The position numbers and the translations under genes are program-made. This document shows, piece by piece, positions 1 through 9,687 of a stretch of DNA of 32,000 nt. Location: the NCBI RefSeq assembly GCF_000829315.1, contig NZ_AP013028.1, forward strand, positions 480,001 through 512,000. The letters are read 5' to 3'. Source of the DNA: Wolbachia endosymbiont of Cimex lectularius (GTDB lineage Bacteria > Pseudomonadota > Alphaproteobacteria > Rickettsiales > Anaplasmataceae). The number at the start of each line of letters is the position of its first letter. Position 1 is the first letter of the stretch. The notes beneath the pieces were generated by a model, which saw only the letters and a list, made by a program, of their open reading frames with translations, was not told the DNA's origin and made no database searches.

Positions 1-259
1 ATCACCCAACGCCGGATTTTAAAATAGAGAGTGGAATAACTAGCTACCTCGGGGTTTTATTGTCCTTTTTTTCTGCCTGGTAAATTTCTTAAATATTATA
101 GCTTAGACTAGTTGCGTTTAAGGCATAAAAACGCCAATACTAAAAATAAATACCGACCAGGGTTTCTTTTGCTTTTTTCTCTGTTTAGTAAATTTTTTAA
201 ATATTTATAGCTAATTGCAATTTATGAACGAATATTTGTTTTTACAACAAATGGTGTCA

Positions 260-280
260 TTCCAGCGCGTGACGCTGGAA
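260..280. repeat. Palindromic hairpin element TTCCAGCG-CGTGA-CGCTGGAA within dispersed intergenic repeat DNA
   Basis: Perfect 8-bp inverted repeat read directly: ttccagcg (260-267) / cgctggaa (273-280). Confidence 0.7.
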
Positions 281-464
281 TCCAGGAACTTTATTAGGCT
301 AGTGAGCATAAAAGTTATGTTAAAATGCACCATTTTTATGGAAAACTGGATCCCAGTGTCGGAGCACTTGGATGCACCCTCTTGGCAGCACAATGTTTGT
401 ACGCTCTTCCTGAGTATTCCCATCTGCGTTTCTCCTCAAAATTTTTTACCATAAATTAATTATG

Positions 465-1043
465 CTAGAGATCTAATGCTAATTTAAAAGGTGTCTTATT
501 ATCATTGTTTCTAGCATTAATATCAGCTCCTTCTTTTATGAGAAGCTCAATTAGATCTAAATTACCTTCCTTAGCAGCATAGTGTAGTAATGTATTACCG
601 CTATTACCCTTTGCTACAGCAAGAAAAGTTACCACCTCTCCTTGTGCAATCTCGAAAGGTGCCTTGTTTTTATTGTTTCTAGCTCTAATATTAGCTCCTT
701 TACTTATAAGTAGTTCAGCTACATCCTCTGCATCAAAGAAAGCAGCTGTGTGTAATGGCGTCCAGTCAATATTGTCCCGAGCATCAACATCAGCACCATT
801 GTCTACAAGGAATTCAGCTACATCTTTTGCATTAGAGATAGCAGCCGCATGCAGCGGTGTCAGGTCTTCATTGTCTTTAGTATTAACATCAACATCTTCT
901 TTTACAAGAAGCCTAGCTAGATATAAATTACCTTCTTGAACAGCGTAGTACAGCAATGTATTACCGCTGCTATCCTTTGCTGCAGCAAGAATTCTTGCAA
1001 TTTTGTCATCATATGTTTTAATATCAGCAGTGTGCTTTTTCAT
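465..1043 (-). CDS. Ankyrin-repeat protein, probably N-terminally truncated or frameshifted
   Basis: ORF contains repeated ANK motifs (DLTPLHAAAISNAKDVAEFLVDNGADVDARDNIDWTPLHTAAFFDAEDVAELLISKGANI). The same frame stays open upstream of the ATG (KETDEDFLEQINSYKQAADIQKHNDKII...IEAFM) to an in-frame stop near 1200 with no earlier ATG. Confidence 0.85.
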   Translation of the reverse strand: MKKHTADIKTYDDKIARILAAAKDSSGNTLLYYAVQEGNLYLARLLVKEDVDVNTKDNEDLTPLHAAAISNAKDVAEFLVDNGADVDARDNIDWTPLHTAAFFDAEDVAELLISKGANIRARNNKNKAPFEIAQGEVVTFLAVAKGNSGNTLLHYAAKEGNLDLIELLIKEGADINARNNDNKTPFKLALDL

Positions 1044-1495
1044 GAAAGCTTCAATTGCTGCTGGCCGTTTTTTTGGTACATCGCCTAAAGTATATTGTTG
1101 ATCACTAACGGTCTTTATGATTTTGTCATTGTGTTTTTGAATATCAGCAGCTTGTTTATAACTGTTAATTTGTTCTAGAAAATCTTCATCTGTTTCCTTT
1201 CATAAAAAGCATTATTAGATTTCTTCAGCTCCATAATTTTTACCTCTGTCAATTAACCTTGGTTTTTCTTTGGCATTCTAAAACGCATCACTACTAACTT
1301 AACAATACATACCATTATTATTTAGATAATACAACCATTTTGAGCAACAAAAACCTAAAGAAAGGGTAGAGAACAGGAAAAGTGGCTGCTTGGAGACACT
1401 ACTCGTTTTACGCAGTAACATGTTGGCATAAATTTTTTACTTCGGTAGTTTTTTCATTGTCACTATAATTATAGTAGTAATTAAGTTGGATAGGT

Positions 1496-1822
1496 ATGAA
1501 AGCTTTTGCAAAAAACCTTAAGAGTAAGGAAAAAAAGCTGGAGGAATTCAATGAAGAAATTGAAGATATAACCACCTTAGCTCAAGATAAATTTGCGCAT
1601 GAACTTGAAAATATTGCATACGATAGCATGCAAAAATTTCGCAGTTTGCTTACTCAAGAGTTAAACACCATCTTCAACAATATCCATTCTCAAAATGTTA
1701 ACTCGCTGAAATCCAGCCTAGTTGAATATGCTATAAGTTCAAATTTTATCAATAAAAAGGGAGAAACAGCTTTAATACGCTCTCTCCTCAATGTAGTAGA
1801 ACATACGATAAAGAACTTATAG
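1496..1822 (+). CDS. Hypothetical coiled-coil-like protein, possibly a fragment
   Basis: 108-aa ORF rich in K/E/L. No family recognised. Confidence 0.4.
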   Translation: MKAFAKNLKSKEKKLEEFNEEIEDITTLAQDKFAHELENIAYDSMQKFRSLLTQELNTIFNNIHSQNVNSLKSSLVEYAISSNFINKKGETALIRSLLNVVEHTIKNL

Positions 1823-1982
1823 CAAATCAAGAGTTTCAAGCACTTAGGGTTGCTACATGCAGATTTAACTTAATATTAAATGCGAGAAATTTAGCTAAGA
1901 TGAGTTTACCTGTGATTTATTTACAGCATAGATCCAGCGGTTGGGATAACGAGTTTTAGTCATACATAAACGGGAGGTTATT

Positions 1983-2523
1983 ATGTCTACTTCACCAAAA
2001 ATACATGTACAACGTAAATCCAAATCTAAATCTCTTCCAGTTACTTTGGAAGAAGTTAAATCTTTATTTACGCGTTGAGAACTATCAAGATGACAAGTTG
2101 ATCTCAAGCCTCATTTCTGTGGCAACCGACTATGCTGAATGGTATACGGAAAAGTCGCTGGTTAAGCAAACGTGGCAAGTTTCGTATGAGGACTATATAC
2201 CTCATAGGATCTATTTAAGCTATGGTCCTGTGAAAATGATAATGTCTGTTACTGCAACGATGTCTAAAAATCAAGAGAAGAAGACACCTAGATATTATTT
2301 CAGCGATGTAGGGGGCTACATTGAATTTTTCAGTCATTTGAATGCAATAAGAGTTGATGTTGTGTATGAAGCTGGCTATGACAACGTTCCTGAGCAGATA
2401 AAACTAGGTATTATGCAGCATTTTTCTGCTCTTTATAAAAATCGCGAATCAGAAGTGAAGAGCTATTTATCCGAAGTGAAGGGAGTATATTCCCCATTTC
2501 GCGAACCACGAGTTGTGTTGTAG
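1983..2523 (+). pseudogene. Phage/GTA head-tail adaptor (phiE125 gp8 / gp6-like connector family; GTA g6-like), frameshifted
   Basis: ggagg then ATG at 1983 gives MSTSPKIHVQRKSKSKSLPVTLEEVKSLFTR* (TGA 2076-2078). The adjacent frame continues YLRVENYQDDKLISSLISVATDYAEWYTEKSLVKQTWQV, the typical N-terminal region of this family. Confidence 0.7.
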
Positions 2524-2571
2524 CTTTTTTTGCCATCCCTCTATATTGACTGTACTTTTAAGAGGATTATT

Positions 2572-2961
2572 ATGGATAATTCAAGTTATAAATGAGTTGT
2601 ACAACAGCATTTATGCAGCACTAAAGGCAAACTCTGATTTAAAGAAATACGTTACCAACATTTATGATTACCTACCTAAGCAGGTTACTATTCCTTACCT
2701 AAAATGAGCATAGTAAGTTATAGCAACTTTCATATGCTGTCCAATTTTGCTACAAAGGTAAGATTTGCATGCGATATATATACTTATCATATAGACAGTA
2801 TGTTTTCCATTATGAAGCGTATTAACTTTATACTTGAAAGTATTGAAGGTTTTGATAGTGGGACTATTTTGGAAAATAATTGTGCTGTGGATCAGCACGA
2901 TGAAATTTTACATTCAACAATTAATTTTGACATTTTTATCAAAGGAGGTGACAATGAGTAA
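2572..2961 (+). pseudogene. DUF3168-like tail terminator/completion protein (GTA g8-like), frameshifted
   Basis: ATG at 2572 reads MDNSSYK*. Another frame gives NELYNSIYAALKANSDLKKYVTNIYDYLPKQVTIPYLK* and a further shift continues MSIVSYSNFHMLSNFATKVRFACDIYT...FDIFIKGGDNE*. The 'IYAALKA..L..Y...IYDYLPKQ...PYL' pattern and gene order support the call. Confidence 0.6.
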
Positions 2962-3343
2962 GTTACAACTAAAAATTAAAGATCATGACAATAATTTTGT
3001 TGTGCTGAACAATATACGAAACTTAAGGTTTACTTTGCGTAATAATAGGGAAGAGATAAGAGATATTTCTTCTTTTGGCTGGAGAAAAGTGCTCGATTGT
3101 GCTGGAAGCAGGCACATTACAATAAAAATTAATGGAATTTTAGATTCTGTATTAGCAGATGAATTATTGCGTAATTCTGCTATGCTAAACTCTAATAATG
3201 ATTACGAAATTAGTTTTAATGCGAAGGAAAAGATAAGGCTTAGATGTTCGGTTGAGCTGTATGAGAGGTATTATGACCCTGCTGCTTTTGACAGCTTCAC
3301 TGTAGTTCTAGCCAGTGCTGAAGTTGTAACCACCTTTCATTAA
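2954..3343 (+). CDS. TP901-1-like phage major tail protein (GTA g9-like)
   Basis: aaaggaggtgac RBS then ATG at 2954: MSKLQLKIKDHDNNFVVLNNIRNLRFTLRNNREEIRDISSFGWRKVLDCAGSRHITIKINGILDSVLADELLRNSA...FTVVLASAEVVTTF. GWRxLL-G-G and terminal SAG-V-F-type motifs match the family. The track start at 2834 is probably too far upstream. Confidence 0.75.
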   Translation: MSKLQLKIKDHDNNFVVLNNIRNLRFTLRNNREEIRDISSFGWRKVLDCAGSRHITIKINGILDSVLADELLRNSAMLNSNNDYEISFNAKEKIRLRCSVELYERYYDPAAFDSFTVVLASAEVVTTFH

Positions 3344-3398
3344 TGTTAATTTAATTTTTTCATATACAATAGTAACTGATAGAAATTTTAACTAAGTT

Positions 3399-4175
3399 AT
3401 GGATGACAATTATCTTTTTAAGGAGGGAAGTGAAGAAAATAACGATGATAAAAGAGAGAGGAATTTGAAAAACGAAAATCAGCTAAATCAAGAAGAGCAG
3501 CCCAAAGAGAAAGACATAACGCAGTACGTTCAAGATTACTTAAAAGCTTTTGAGGATATTTTAACCCAGATTGACGAAGAAATCAATAATTTAGATAGTT
3601 ACGAAAGAACTATGCAAGTAAAGCGAAGTATAGATAGGCTCATAGAAACCTTGTATAGTCAAGCAGCGTCTGAAGACATTGACGTGGAACTTGAAACCAC
3701 AAAGCATACTCGCGATAAATCAGAGTCCAAGAAAAGAGTTATGGAGAAGAGAAGAAAACAAATAATGGAAGAAGTGCTAAGTGGTATGTTTGCCCAGCAA
3801 CAAAAGGAGCTAATGAACGCTAAACATTTAAGCCATGGACATGAAACAGCACATGACGAAGATGTTCTCAAAGCAAAGGCACGAATGAAGTCTTCAATCA
3901 AGGGAGTGTTGTTTTCAGTTATTGCTCATAGAATGGATCCAAGAAGGAGAGCAGGAGAAACTGCTGACGATAATGAAAAGCAAGCTCGTATATACGGCAG
4001 GGAAGCAGTTGGTGGAGCTTTAGGTGCACTGCTAAAAGCGTTTTTGACTGCGGTTATTGCCGCAGTACGCGAAATTGCCAAGCCACTTCAGCATATGAGC
4101 AAACAAGAAACATCCTTTGCAAAGCAAGTCGAGGAAAGCAGAAACACAGATCCACAAAAAGGTAGGTCTATGTAG
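3399..4175 (+). CDS. Hypothetical highly charged protein, family not recognised
   Basis: 258-aa ORF starting MDDNYLFKEGSEENNDDKRERN; long charged/coiled N-terminus and Ala-rich segment GREAVGGALGALLKAFLTAVIAAVREIAKPL. Confidence 0.6.
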   Translation: MDDNYLFKEGSEENNDDKRERNLKNENQLNQEEQPKEKDITQYVQDYLKAFEDILTQIDEEINNLDSYERTMQVKRSIDRLIETLYSQAASEDIDVELETTKHTRDKSESKKRVMEKRRKQIMEEVLSGMFAQQQKELMNAKHLSHGHETAHDEDVLKAKARMKSSIKGVLFSVIAHRMDPRRRAGETADDNEKQARIYGREAVGGALGALLKAFLTAVIAAVREIAKPLQHMSKQETSFAKQVEESRNTDPQKGRSM

Positions 4176-4246
4176 ACTTTTCATATTACTCTCTGATCTT
4201 TAGCCGTCTTTTACAAAGTTAAAGGTTGTAACACTTAAAAATGTGG

Positions 4247-4275
4247 TTGAAAAATTGTGAGCAATAATGTATAAT
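4247..4275 (+). promoter_or_regulatory. Sigma70-like promoter upstream of Rpn-family copy 1
   Basis: TTGAAA (4247-4252) - 17 bp - TATAAT (4270-4275). Confidence 0.6.
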
Positions 4276-4301
4276 TATTAATATTTTTAAGCATTTTAGC
4301 T

Positions 4302-5222
4302 GTGGCATTTTCTAAATTTCTCGACCCTAAAAATGATGTCGCCTTCAGGCGCATCTTTGGTACAGAAAAGAACAAGGATATTCTCATTCATTTCCTCAAT
4401 GATATCTTGGGGCTCACTGGCAAGGATGAAATAAAAGAAATAGAGTTCCTCAGCACTATTCAAGATGCTGAAATTGCCTCCAAAAAGCAAAGCATTGTTG
4501 ATGTTCTCTGTAGAGATAAAAATGGGGTGCAGGTAATCGTCGAGATGCAGGTTGCTAAAACTAAAGGCTTCGAAAAACGCGCACAATACTATGCAGCTAA
4601 GGCGTATTCAAGACAGGCTAATAAAGGTGATCAATATGAAGACCTTAAAGAAATTATCTTTATCGCCATAGCAGATTGTATCCTGTTTCCGGACAAGTCC
4701 GAGTATAAATCAAAACACACTATTCGGGATGAGGATACCAATGAACATGATCTAAAAGATTTTTATTTTACATTTATTGAACTGCCAAAATTTCCCAAGA
4801 CGAAGGAAGATCAACTGGAGAGTATAGTAGAAAAATGAGTCTACTTCTTCAAGTATGCGGAGGAAACCAGTGAAAAGGAATTGGAAAGAATAATAGGAAG
4901 TGATGTAATAATCAAAAAAGCATATGAGGAGCTAAATAGATTTAACTGGTCAGAAAAGGAGTTCATAGCATATGAATAAGAGATCAAGCGTATTCGTGAT
5001 GAGAAGGCTGTCCTCGCTCAAAAACTTGATGATGCTAGAGACGAAGGCATCAAAATTGGTAAAGAGAAAGGTAGGACAGAAGGTAGAGAAGAAGGAAAAA
5101 TCGAAGTGGCAAGAGCAATGCTGGCTAATAATGTTGATGTTGATACTATTGCCAAGTGTACTAATCTCTCCATTAGCGAGATTGAAGGATTAAGGAATAT
5201 GCTTCAAGTTGAAGAAAAATAG
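4302..5222 (+). pseudogene. Rpn family recombination-promoting nuclease / PD-(D/E)XK nuclease family transposase, copy 1
   Basis: MAFSKFLDPKNDVAFRRIFGTEKNKDILIHFLNDIL...QSIVDVLCRDKNGVQVIVEMQ. In-frame TGA 4836-4838 where the other copies have TGG, and in-frame TAA 4977-4979. The frame then continues to 5222. Confidence 0.85.
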
Positions 5223-5252
5223 CAGCAGATCTGGATGAGGGAGTATAATGGC

Positions 5253-6611
5253 CTAATCCACTTTCAACTCCTCGGCATGTAAGCTACGTGGTAAAGACTC
5301 CAGTTCCTTTGCAGCACTTAGTTCTTTATTTTTTGCATGTATACCAAGCTTGTTGAACTCTCGGGCAGCAGGAAACACCCTTGCTTCAAGAGAGCCTGCA
5401 GTTTTATTGTAATGATCAACAGAACTTTTTAAGCTCCTGCGCAAATTATCAAAATTTTCACCCATTGTGCAGATACGCTCGTATAAAATATGGCCCAGTT
5501 CACTGATTTTTTTTGCACTTTCGGCTATCATTTCCTGTTTCCATCCATACGCTATTGCCCTAAGTAGTGCGATCAAAGTAATCGGTGTTGCAATAATCAC
5601 TTTTTTTTCCACCCCAATCTCTATCAAAGCGGGCTCATATTCCAGTGCTGCACTGAAAATCCCCTCCCCTGTGAGGAAAAGTACCACAAGCTCTGGCGTA
5701 TTTTCAAATTGATTCCAATATTCTTTTTTACCTAGATCATTTATATGTTTTTTTATTGCCAAAGAATGATTCTTTAATTTCTCCCTTTGTATCTGCAAAT
5801 CATTTTGTGACATAGCATCAAGATAGGAATCAAGCGGTACTTTAGCATCTATTATTATCTGCTTTCCAGATGGCATTTTAATTATCAAATCAGGGCGTAA
5901 TAAATTGTCCTCGTTTTTATCAACTACTGACGGCTGAGTAAAAAAATCGCAATATTCGATCATCCCCGCCATTTCTACCACTCTTTTTAGCTGAATTTCG
6001 CCCCATTTTCCTCTAATGTGAGGCTTCCTCAGAGCATTAGCAAGGCTAGAAGTCTGGTTCATTAACGCACCAATTTGCTCCTTTAAACCTTCATAGGCCC
6101 CTACCCTCTCCTTCTCCAGCTCGCGTATCTCGCTATCAAATTTTTCTAATTTTTCTTTTATTGGAACTACAACTTCGTTAATTGTTGCTTGTCTTTTTTT
6201 GAAATCGTTTTCTGTTTCTTTTAATTTGCCATCAATTACTTCCTTTGCCAAGTTCAAAAAATTATTATTGTTCGCCTGCAGAGCATCAAGAGACAGTGCT
6301 TTAAAAGCATTTGTGAGTCTCTCCTCAGCTTTTGTCAATAGTTCTATTTCTTTTTTCTTCTCCTCACGTTCTTTCTGCAGAGTTACTTCTAGCTCTGCGT
6401 TGCTCACTTTTAAACCTACTATTTCTTCGTCCTTATTAGTTAAAGCCTGCTTTGCTTCCTGAAGCTCATGCTCTAACTTACACAAATTACCCTCAAGATT
6501 TGCTGATTTTATTTTCTCCTCGCTCAGTTTTCTATTCTTTTTTGTGATGGTATAGAGAAAGAGTAATAAGGAGAGAAAATTTAGTCCGAGAAATATAGAA
6601 TTGAAAAGCAT
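5253..6611 (-). CDS. rmuC: DNA recombination protein RmuC
   Basis: 452-aa ORF with N-terminal TM, long coiled coil, then RmuC-type core ([26 protein letters not shown]...[25 protein letters not shown]...[19 protein letters not shown]). Confidence 0.93.
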   Translation of the reverse strand: MLFNSIFLGLNFLSLLLFLYTITKKNRKLSEEKIKSANLEGNLCKLEHELQEAKQALTNKDEEIVGLKVSNAELEVTLQKEREEKKKEIELLTKAEERLTNAFKALSLDALQANNNNFLNLAKEVIDGKLKETENDFKKRQATINEVVVPIKEKLEKFDSEIRELEKERVGAYEGLKEQIGALMNQTSSLANALRKPHIRGKWGEIQLKRVVEMAGMIEYCDFFTQPSVVDKNEDNLLRPDLIIKMPSGKQIIIDAKVPLDSYLDAMSQNDLQIQREKLKNHSLAIKKHINDLGKKEYWNQFENTPELVVLFLTGEGIFSAALEYEPALIEIGVEKKVIIATPITLIALLRAIAYGWKQEMIAESAKKISELGHILYERICTMGENFDNLRRSLKSSVDHYNKTAGSLEARVFPAAREFNKLGIHAKNKELSAAKELESLPRSLHAEELKVD

Positions 6612-6703
6612 CAGAATACAAAAAAATCGTACTCATAATGCTATCTAATTTTTATTTATATAGGAAAGAAAAAAAGGAGCACCTAAAGAGGTGCTCTGTG
6701 TAA

Positions 6704-7444
6704 TTAGCAGTTTACAGAGATAGTCTTAAAGTTCCCTAGGTCTACTGAGCTAAATGCTGAGCTTGGTACACCCGAGTGATTTTCAGCAAATGCACTTTGC
6801 GATACTCTAGTTATTTCAGCAGATTTTCTGTTCTCATCCAAACCTAATTTACACATCATTCCTGATAGGTCGCTCGACTCAGAGCCATTACTATTTTGCC
6901 TTTTTACTGAATTTACGGGTAGAGATTTCTTTTCATTATTTGTATCTTGCTTTAAGCTATAAGAACCAGTAATGCAGAAATTTTCATTGCCACAGTTTAC
7001 AAATACACGAAACTCTCTAGGTCTCGTTTTATTGTTTTGGTTTGTGTTTTGGCACTTTTCCGCAAGAAATTTGTAGCCTTTATCTGTTGTAACAAGCAGT
7101 AACCCATCCTGAGTAGCCTCAAAATAACATGGTTGCCTTTTGTACTGTTTAATAGGTTTCATTGTATTATTTTGACCTTGGGGTTCGTCTGGTGCTGCTG
7201 TTGGTTGACCATGATCAACTTGATCATCCAGAGTTTCTGATGTTGTAGTTTTTGTTTGAGCAGGTTCCTGTTCCTCATTATTCGAAGATCTCTTTTGCTG
7301 TGATGCATTTTGTTGAGTAGCATTTGCTTGACTTTTGCTACCACCAAACAACCACTTCCAACCTGATGAAATCTTTCTTGCAATCCATGAAATACCAGTA
7401 TGATCAGCAACCCACTTAAAAAAACTCTTTATCTTTTCCCACAT
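6704..7444 (-). CDS. Hypothetical protein with low-complexity Q/N/T-rich linker
   Basis: 246-aa ORF starting MWEKIKSFFKWVADHTGISWIARKISSGWKWLFGG. No family recognised. Confidence 0.6.
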   Translation of the reverse strand: MWEKIKSFFKWVADHTGISWIARKISSGWKWLFGGSKSQANATQQNASQQKRSSNNEEQEPAQTKTTTSETLDDQVDHGQPTAAPDEPQGQNNTMKPIKQYKRQPCYFEATQDGLLLVTTDKGYKFLAEKCQNTNQNNKTRPREFRVFVNCGNENFCITGSYSLKQDTNNEKKSLPVNSVKRQNSNGSESSDLSGMMCKLGLDENRKSAEITRVSQSAFAENHSGVPSSAFSSVDLGNFKTISVNC

Positions 7445-7550
7445 ACTTTACTCTCACTGTTAATAATAAATTAACTTAATTATTACATAAAAAACATAAC
7501 ATGTCAACTATTTTAGAGAATATTTTAGTGCTTGTCTGAGCTTGTAACCT

Positions 7551-9589
7551 TTAGCAATTAATAGCACTGGTATTTACAACCTCTCCGCCGACACGCTTAG
7601 TGATAAAAAACCTAACATAAGGTTTATTCGTATAAGGGTCTCTCAGTATTCTCATCCCTCTGCTATCTACGATCTTATAAGCCTTTTTAAAATCTGCTAT
7701 TGCGATTACCGGCAGTTTGCTTGGCGCAGGTGGCATATCAGCAGATTGATACACTGGTATCCCCATTAAAGTATCTGGAGCTTCAAGCGACAAACTTGGC
7801 TGCCAAAGGTATTGACCTGTTTGAGATTTTAGTAGCCTAACATCCTTCAACGTACTTCTATTCATCAAAAACGATGCATTTTTAGAGTAATATTCATTTA
7901 GAGAATAATACAATATCATTATTGAATCACTATCCAATTTGTTAGTTTTAATTTGCTCTATTTTATTATAACTGTTTCCATCGTCATAAGCTAAAATCCC
8001 TTTAGGCTGAAAAGTGCCCTCACCTTTAATGAAGGCTTCGTTTTCTTCCTTACTAAAAGTCTCGGCAATCTTTTCCACCAGCCAGCTTTCAACATCAACA
8101 AACGCATCATCAAGCAGCTTTTGTGATATCTGTGGCTAAGCGTATAATTCGTAAGTTGTAAGAACCTGTTTAAAATCTTCGTAACAGGAGAGAAATGAAG
8201 GAGAGGACTATCATCTGTAAGCTAGTGTTGAGCTTCCGCTCGCAATTTTTCCACAATCGCCTGCACTTTTCTAACCAGGCAAAAGAGCGTTCAACAACCC
8301 ATCTTTTTGGCAATACGACGAAAGTGTGTAACTCACTTCGCTTTATTACTTCAACAGTCGCACCAATGATAGCTTTTATTTGTGTTGCAAAATTTTCTCC
8401 TGTGTAGCCAGCATCAACCAGTATGTTTTTAACTTCAGAGAGGTTTGCTTTAGCATTTTCGACCATTTTCACAGCACTGCTACGGTCAGTTGCTTCTGCC
8501 GTTGTTACATAAATTGCATGTGGCAAACCTTGTGTATCAACTGCAATATGGCGCTTTATCCCTGAAATCTTTTTACCTGCATCATAGCCTTTTTTTTTCA
8601 GCAGTATCTGCGTTTTTAACGCTTTGAGAATCAATTATACAAAAGCTAGTTTTCTCTTTCCGACCATTGCTGATACGGACCTCTCCAACTAATTTTTTTT
8701 AAGACTAATTCCAACAAGCTTGGCTCTTCTCCATTCTTTTTACTCCACACTCGAAAATAGTAATATACGCTTTCCCATCTTGGAAAACCCTTTGGTAACA
8801 TCCTCCACTGACAACCACTTTTTAAGACGTACAACACCCCACAAAATACGTCATACAAATCAAGTTTTCTTGGTTTTGTTTTCTGCTTGCTACTCTCCAA
8901 AATTGGCCTGATTTTTTCAAACTGCTCTTGACTTATATTACTTGGATAACTTTTCTGCATAGACACCTCATTATTAATCTATGCTACTTTACCTCACATT
9001 TCCAAGATTTTAAACAGGTTCTAATGGAAATCTTTTGAATTTTAGGCGTATCTGTATCTTTTGCAAAATCATACTTGGATTTACTGCCACCATCTTCATC
9101 ATCTACTGTTTCACCACTCCAACCTGCACTAGCGCGGTCACGGTCTTCTATAATATAGTCCAATGTTTCAGTAGAGATTCTTTGACTGGAACATATTTGC
9201 CGCATTGGAGACGAGTCTGTTACACGCTTGTTTATACGTTTTACAATATGCGGAGTAATTAGATATCCTCCAATATCATTATCATCTCCACTGAGAGTTT
9301 TGCGCGATAAGCCGCTTTCCACTCCTTTGCGGATATAATCAGAAAAATATTTATCATTTGTGTCAAAATCTGTACTTACTTCTGGACGCTGAGCTACAGT
9401 TTCAATTAAATCCAAGCGTTTTTTGCAATTATCAATATCACCATCTATCTTGCATAGCTGCTCAATCGTTGCAGAGTCAGCTTGCCCTTTGCTTTCAATT
9501 TCTTTTAGTCTGCGATCATTTATTAATTTAAATTGCTCCCACGATGAAGCTAATTCATTAACACGGTGAGCGATATCAGTGAGCGACAT
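7551..9589 (-). pseudogene. HK97-family major capsid protein (GTA g5-like), split by IS insertion and carrying an amber codon
   Basis: N-terminal part 9022-9589 (MSLTDIAHRVNELASSWEQFK...GGYLITPHIVKRI...TDTPKIQKISI). C-terminal part 7551-8161 (PQISQKLLDDAFVDVESWLVEKIAETFSKEENEAFIKGEGTFQPKGIL...YKIVDSRGMRILRDPYTNKPYVRFFITKRVGGEVVN). Removing the IS and one TAA copy restores ...KISITTYELYA*PQISQKLL. Confidence 0.85.
8162..9021 (-). mobile_element. IS5-family insertion sequence, copy A (860 bp), inserted in the capsid gene
   Basis: Terminal inverted repeats GAACCTGTTTAAAATCTT.../...AAGATTTTAAACAGGTTC; 3-bp target duplication TAA (8159-8161 / 9022-9024); ORFA 8646-8966 and ORFB 8170-8634 encode IS5-type transposase (DLYDVFCGVLYVLKSGCQWRMLP; IKRHIAVDTQGLPHAIYVTTAEATDR; DAGYTG; [23 protein letters not shown]). 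Confidence 0.95.
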
Positions 9590-9687
9590 AATAGCCTCCT
9601 TTGAAGATGAAAAATGATTACGGTTTGTATTGGATGATACTCTAATGTAGCCTATGCTCGTTATTCCAATGCTTGAATTGGAACTTA

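Noticed and set aside
8195-8407. Track ORFs antisense to the IS transposase (8195, 8380, 8720, 9833, 10245, 13814, 13999, 14344, 14941, 30335, 30680, 30838 and others)
   Set aside because: They recur identically in each IS copy opposite the real transposase frames and have no independent coding signal.
9035-9262. ORFs antisense to capsid, rmuC, clpA, mraY and sucC (e.g. 9035-9262, 5467-5712, 10801-11031, 20326-20988, 25344-25694)
   Set aside because: Opposite strand of well-supported coding regions and no recognisable domains.
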